Program-made: the position numbers and the translations under genes
The notes under the pieces: model-generated
Told to the model about the DNA's origin: nothing
Database searches by the model: none
Seen by the model: only the letters and a program-made list of their open reading frames with translations
Shown here: positions 59,805 to 64,000 of the stretch, in pieces
Numbering within the stretch: position 1 is the first letter of the stretch
How the letters are laid out: every line of letters begins with the position of its first letter
NCBI RefSeq assembly: GCF_039927955.1
Contig: NZ_JBDSUA010000005.1
Location: 161,171-225,170, forward strand
DNA: 64,000 nt
Direction of reading: 5' to 3'
From: Devosia sp.
GTDB lineage: Bacteria; Pseudomonadota; Alphaproteobacteria; Rhizobiales; Devosiaceae

Positions 59805-59978
59805 ATGCTCAAATGGGCCTTGATCTTCTTTGTCGTGTCCCTGATCGCCGGTGGCCTAGGGTTTACCGGCCTGTCCGCCGCCACCGGCGGCATCGCCAAA
59901 ATCCTGTTCTTCATCTTCATCGCCCTGGCCGTACTGACGGTGGTGATCGCCTTGGCAATCGGCCAGATGGTGTTTTAG
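59805..59978 (+). CDS. DUF1328 (UPF0391/YtjA) small membrane protein, 57 aa
   Basis: Not in ORF track; AGGAG RBS; [38 protein letters not shown]... Confidence 0.9.
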   Translation: MLKWALIFFVVSLIAGGLGFTGLSAATGGIAKILFFIFIALAVLTVVIALAIGQMVF

Positions 59979-60895
59979 GCTACCGCTGCAGCCCGTTTCC
60001 GCTCGCTGATCCAGCGATTGAACCGCGCCAGCGCCAGTCCAAAACCAATCAGCAAAAGCCCTCCACCGAGAATGGCGAAGGGCTCTGGCCCCAGCCACTC
60101 GAACCATTGGGTATAGAAATGAATGCCGCCGAAGACCGCGACGGCATTGACAACCCAACGGCGATTGGCCGTGACTGCCCATAGGCCAAAGGCCAGCAGC
60201 GCCAATGCCCAGACGATGCTGAACGCCCCGCTCGACCAGCCGAGCAAACCATCCCCGAATAGCGAGCCAACGAGGAATGCAGCGTTGACCATCAGGATGG
60301 CGGTGCGCATGGCAATGATCGCCAACCGCTCATACATATGTGGCAGTCGCAACGACAGCAGATAGAGCCCCAGGATCAGCAGGCACAGTACACCGATGGT
60401 CAGCGCTGGCCGATCGACGCCGAGAAAGTAGCTGGCACTCCAATAGGCCGTCGTGCTGCCCATCGCCACCGACAGCATCAACACGGACAGCGAAGCCAGC
60501 AGGCCAGACAGCGCGGCGACGGACGCCACGGCCAATCCAACGGCCAGCGCCAGATTGATCCACACAGAACCATTCGACAGCAGCATCACCCCGCCCAGCA
60601 CACCGAGCGCGCCGATGACGGTCACGATCTGCGCAAAGACCGCCCAGCGCACGACTTTGGAGATGGTCAGCGACATGCCCAGAGCCATCAGCAAGCCGCC
60701 GATAACCACGGCGGTGATCGCGGACGGCAGAAGCACCCCTGCCCCCAGCGCGACGGCAACCGTGCCAAAGGCGAGAAAGATATTGGTGCCCAGCGCTGTC
60801 GTGTCGGATGCCGCCAGGCCTTTCAGCCGCACTGCCTCATCCTTGGTCAGCTTGCCGCCGGCAACCAGAGCATCCAGATCCAGCGTGACTTTCAT
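59975..60895 (-). CDS. Hypothetical multi-pass membrane protein (DUF2157-like N-terminus)
   Basis: [15 protein letters not shown] followed by about 10 TM helices; HFYTQWFE. Confidence 0.75.
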   Translation of the reverse strand: MKVTLDLDALVAGGKLTKDEAVRLKGLAASDTTALGTNIFLAFGTVAVALGAGVLLPSAITAVVIGGLLMALGMSLTISKVVRWAVFAQIVTVIGALGVLGGVMLLSNGSVWINLALAVGLAVASVAALSGLLASLSVLMLSVAMGSTTAYWSASYFLGVDRPALTIGVLCLLILGLYLLSLRLPHMYERLAIIAMRTAILMVNAAFLVGSLFGDGLLGWSSGAFSIVWALALLAFGLWAVTANRRWVVNAVAVFGGIHFYTQWFEWLGPEPFAILGGGLLLIGFGLALARFNRWISERKRAAAVA

Positions 60896-61054
60896 GGCGC
60901 TCCCCCTTGCAGCAACTGATACCGCGCTGCCTCTGAATCGCCAACAGCAGCTTATGCATCAAGCGCATGGTCAGATTTCTTATATCGGCACTTGCCGATG
61001 GAAGGCGAAAAGACCAGATTGCAAACTCTGTTATCGCCATCCACCGAGTTTTCC

Positions 61055-62179
61055 ATGTCCAAGCTGTTTTCGCCTTTCGCCCTGCGTGACCTGACCCTGC
61101 GCAACCGCGCCATCGTGGCGCCGATGTGCCAGTACTCAGCCATCGACGGCCTGGCCAATGACTGGCACTTTGCGCATCTGTCGCGCTTCGCGCTGGGCGG
61201 CTTCAGTCTGGTGCTGCTCGAAGCAACGGGCGTCTCGCCCGAGGCGCGCATTTCCTATGCCGATCTTGGTCTATGGAAGGACGAACAGATCGCGCCGCTC
61301 AAGCGGATCGTCGATTTTCTGCATTCTCAGCACACTGCCGCTGGCATCCAGTTGGCCCATGCGGGACGCAAGGCCTCAACCTCAGTCGGCTTTCACAAGG
61401 GTCTCGATCCCGCTTCGGTTGGCTATGAGCACTGGACGCCAGTGGCCCCGAGCGCCATCGCCCATTCCGACAACGCGGATTTCCAGACTCCCACCGCGCT
61501 GGACGAAGCCGGACTGAAGCACGTGGTGACCTCATTCGTCGATGCGACCAAACGGGCCGATGCGGCAGGTTTCGACACCGTGGAAATCCATGCCGCCCAC
61601 GGCTACCTGCTCAATCAGTTTCTTTCCCCACTCGCCAACAAGCGCACCGACAATTATGGCGGCAGCCGCGAAAACCGCATGCGCCTGCCACTCGAAGTGG
61701 TCGAGGCGGTGCGCGCCGCGTGGCCTGAAGGCAAGCCGCTGCTCGTGCGCATCTCGACCAGCGACAATGCCGAAGGCGGCTGGCAGGTTGAGGACAGCGT
61801 GGTGTTCGCCAAGGCACTGAAGACGCTCGGCGTCGATCTGGTGCATTGCTCCAGCGGCGGCTTTGCCGAAGGCACGATCAAGCCGGAACCGCTATATCAG
61901 GTCGCCTTCGCCAAGGGGGTCCGCGACGGCGCAAAAATCGCCACCGCTGCGGTTGGCTTGATCAGCACGCCGGAAGATGCCGAAGAGATCATCGCCAGCG
62001 GCGAAGCCGACGTGGTCGCCTTTGCCCGCGCCGCATTGGATGATCCGAACTGGGCGCTGCACGCCCAACAGGTTCTGGATGCCTCCGCGCAGGATTACTC
62101 GCTGTGGCCCGCGCAGGCCGGCGCCCGTATCAAGGACCGCGACCGGGTGCTGCACATTCGCGGGTTTGCCACAGTCTAA
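61055..62179 (+). CDS. NADH:flavin oxidoreductase, Old Yellow Enzyme (YqjM/NamA class)
   Basis: APMCQYSA, QLAHAGRK, EIHAAHGYLL.QFLSP..N.RTD.YGGS.ENR. Confidence 0.93.
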   Translation: MSKLFSPFALRDLTLRNRAIVAPMCQYSAIDGLANDWHFAHLSRFALGGFSLVLLEATGVSPEARISYADLGLWKDEQIAPLKRIVDFLHSQHTAAGIQLAHAGRKASTSVGFHKGLDPASVGYEHWTPVAPSAIAHSDNADFQTPTALDEAGLKHVVTSFVDATKRADAAGFDTVEIHAAHGYLLNQFLSPLANKRTDNYGGSRENRMRLPLEVVEAVRAAWPEGKPLLVRISTSDNAEGGWQVEDSVVFAKALKTLGVDLVHCSSGGFAEGTIKPEPLYQVAFAKGVRDGAKIATAAVGLISTPEDAEEIIASGEADVVAFARAALDDPNWALHAQQVLDASAQDYSLWPAQAGARIKDRDRVLHIRGFATV

Positions 62180-62296
62180 GCCGGCGCAATACCCGAAAAG
62201 CACCACACCCGCATCGCAAAATCACCGCATTGTCCGGGCCACTCTTGCACTATCGATCTGTTGACACCAGATCGGTGGTGACGAGGGAGAATACCG

Positions 62297-62722
62297 ATGG
62301 ATACCAAAGCCGCGATCGTTGCGCTGATGAGTGTATGGGGCGTTGGACTTTGCGCCACAGCGCCAACTCTTGCCGCGGAAACGGAAGACGTAGCTGACGA
62401 TCCCGGTATGGAAAACCCGCTGCTCAATCGCGTCTGGGTCCGCACTGATGAAAGTACCGGCCTGCCCGGCGTGATGCAGATTTTTCTCGCCGACGGGACG
62501 CTGGTCAGCGATAGCTGCTGGGAAACCTACCGCCTCTCCAAGTGGCAGCAGACCTCGCCCACCGCCATCAGTTGGGATGAAGACGGCACCACCATCACCG
62601 CCGATATTGCCTCGGTCAGCAATAGCGAACTGGTGTTGAAGCTGGCTCTGGGCAAGGATGTGCAGGAGCAGCATTTCACCGTCGCCGCAACGCCGTTTCT
62701 CTGCCCGGACATGCCGAAATAG
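62297..62722 (+). CDS. Hypothetical exported protein
   Basis: GGAG RBS, signal peptide, GTLVSDSCWETYRL, CPDMP. Confidence 0.75.
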   Translation: MDTKAAIVALMSVWGVGLCATAPTLAAETEDVADDPGMENPLLNRVWVRTDESTGLPGVMQIFLADGTLVSDSCWETYRLSKWQQTSPTAISWDEDGTTITADIASVSNSELVLKLALGKDVQEQHFTVAATPFLCPDMPK

Positions 62723-62726
62723 CGCT

Positions 62727-64000
62727 TTACAACACGACCTGCGTACCGATTTCCACCACACGCCCGGTCGGAATATGGAAGTACTCGGTGGCGTCGCTGG
62801 CGTTGCGCGCCAGCGTTGTAAACACCTTGTCCTGCCAATAGCGGATCAAGCCGCCCTTGTTGCCAGGCTTCAATGAGCGGCGCGACAGGAAGAACGATGT
62901 CGACATGATGTCGAACTTCCAGCCCAGCTTGCGGCCAAGCGCCAGCGCCTTGGGAATATTGGGCGTTTCCATGTACCCAAAAGTCACCACCACGCGGCTG
63001 AACAGCTCGTTATAGGCTTCGATCCGCACCTTCTCGTCGTCGTTGACGCGCGGCGAGGCGGAGGTGCGCACAGTGAGGATAACGTTCTGCTCATGCAGCA
63101 CCTTGTAGTGCTTCAGACTATGCAGCAGTGCCGTGGGCGCCCCATCGATATCGCTGGTCAGGAACACGGCGGTGCCGGGTACAACCATAGGCTTTTTCTT
63201 GGACAGGTTATCAACGAGAAATTGCAGCGGCACCTCGTCCTTCCTGGTCTTGGCGGCCAACCGGTCGCGGCCAGTCATCCAGATGATCATGATCACCGCA
63301 GCGACCATGGCAACCGCAGCCGGCACCCAGCCACCCTGGAACAACTTGGAGGCATTGGAAGCGAAGAACCCGCCATCGATCAGCAGGAACACCACGCCAA
63401 ACAGTATGACGAGGGCGGGGTGCCATTTCCAGTTACGCCACATCACCACAACCAGCAGCGCCAATGTCACCAGCATCACCCCGGAAACGGCAATTCCATA
63501 GGCGTTGGACAACGCATCGGAACTGCCAAAGGCCAGCACCAATAGCAGCACGCTGATCATCAGGAATGAATTGATCTGCGGCAGGTAAACCTGTCCGCTC
63601 TGGGTTTCCGAGGTATGGAGCACCACCATGCGTGGCAGCATATTGAGCGCGATAGCCTGTTGCGTCAGGCTGTAGGTACCCGAAATCACGGCCTGGCTGG
63701 CGATGACTGTGGCCGCAGTGGCCAGCGCCACGAACGGCCCAAGCGCCCATTCGGGCTGCATTTCAAAGAACGGGCTGTGGACATTCTCGATGCCCTTTTG
63801 CAGCACGAAGGCGCCCTGCCCGAAATAATTCAACAGCAGGCATGGGAACACCATGCCGAACCAGGCGACCACGATCGGCTTCCGACCGAAATGGCCTAGA
63901 TCGACGTAAAGCGCTTCGGCACCGGTAACCGCCAGAAAGATCGCGCCGATTACCACAAAAGCTACGCCGGCATGGGTGATCAGGAATTGCGCCCCCAGCA
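62727..64000 (-). CDS. kup: Potassium transporter Kup (C-terminal part, 5' end outside window)
   Basis: TGAEALYVDLGHFG, LNYFGQGA, IASQAVISG, GQVYLPQIN, AYGIAV, RVVEIGTQV. Confidence 0.95.
   Translation of the reverse strand, partial: LGAQFLITHAGVAFVVIGAIFLAVTGAEALYVDLGHFGRKPIVVAWFGMVFPCLLLNYFGQGAFVLQKGIENVHSPFFEMQPEWALGPFVALATAATVIASQAVISGTYSLTQQAIALNMLPRMVVLHTSETQSGQVYLPQINSFLMISVLLLVLAFGSSDALSNAYGIAVSGVMLVTLALLVVVMWRNWKWHPALVILFGVVFLLIDGGFFASNASKLFQGGWVPAAVAMVAAVIMIIWMTGRDRLAAKTRKDEVPLQFLVDNLSKKKPMVVPGTAVFLTSDIDGAPTALLHSLKHYKVLHEQNVILTVRTSASPRVNDDEKVRIEAYNELFSRVVVTFGYMETPNIPKALALGRKLGWKFDIMSTSFFLSRRSLKPGNKGGLIRYWQDKVFTTLARNASDATEYFHIPTGRVVEIGTQVVL

Overview
High-GC alphaproteobacterial (Hyphomicrobiales, Devosia-like) core chromosome. 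Contents in order: flgE-flgK with a sigma54/FlbD-type promoter; ATPase-metA-GNAT; a small lower-GC accessory islet (~5.2-7.5 kb) with a GNAT-allele scar, three hypothetical genes and a structured RNA candidate; ycjXF; HxlR/FMN reductase; a ferredoxin-dependent sulfate-assimilation operon (cysG-DUF2849-cysI-cysH::DUF934 fusion-FNR-ferredoxin); prfC; Hpt/EAL; a GPR/RgsE-like pole protein; three tandem MFS paralogs; a PlcP/Agt-like pair; GH3; acs; FemX-like plus flippase; TerC; a sigma54/NtrC-type ABC transporter with hydantoin racemase; tRNA-Lys(CTT); mscS; leuA with a Leu-rich leader peptide; aminotransferase; PhzF; a frameshifted cupin; an orphan Imm11-like gene; TetR-ilvC; OYE; kup (partial). 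Several REP-like palindromes. No transposase, integrase, CRISPR array or rRNA seen. All calls rest on motif recognition by eye; no searches were run.
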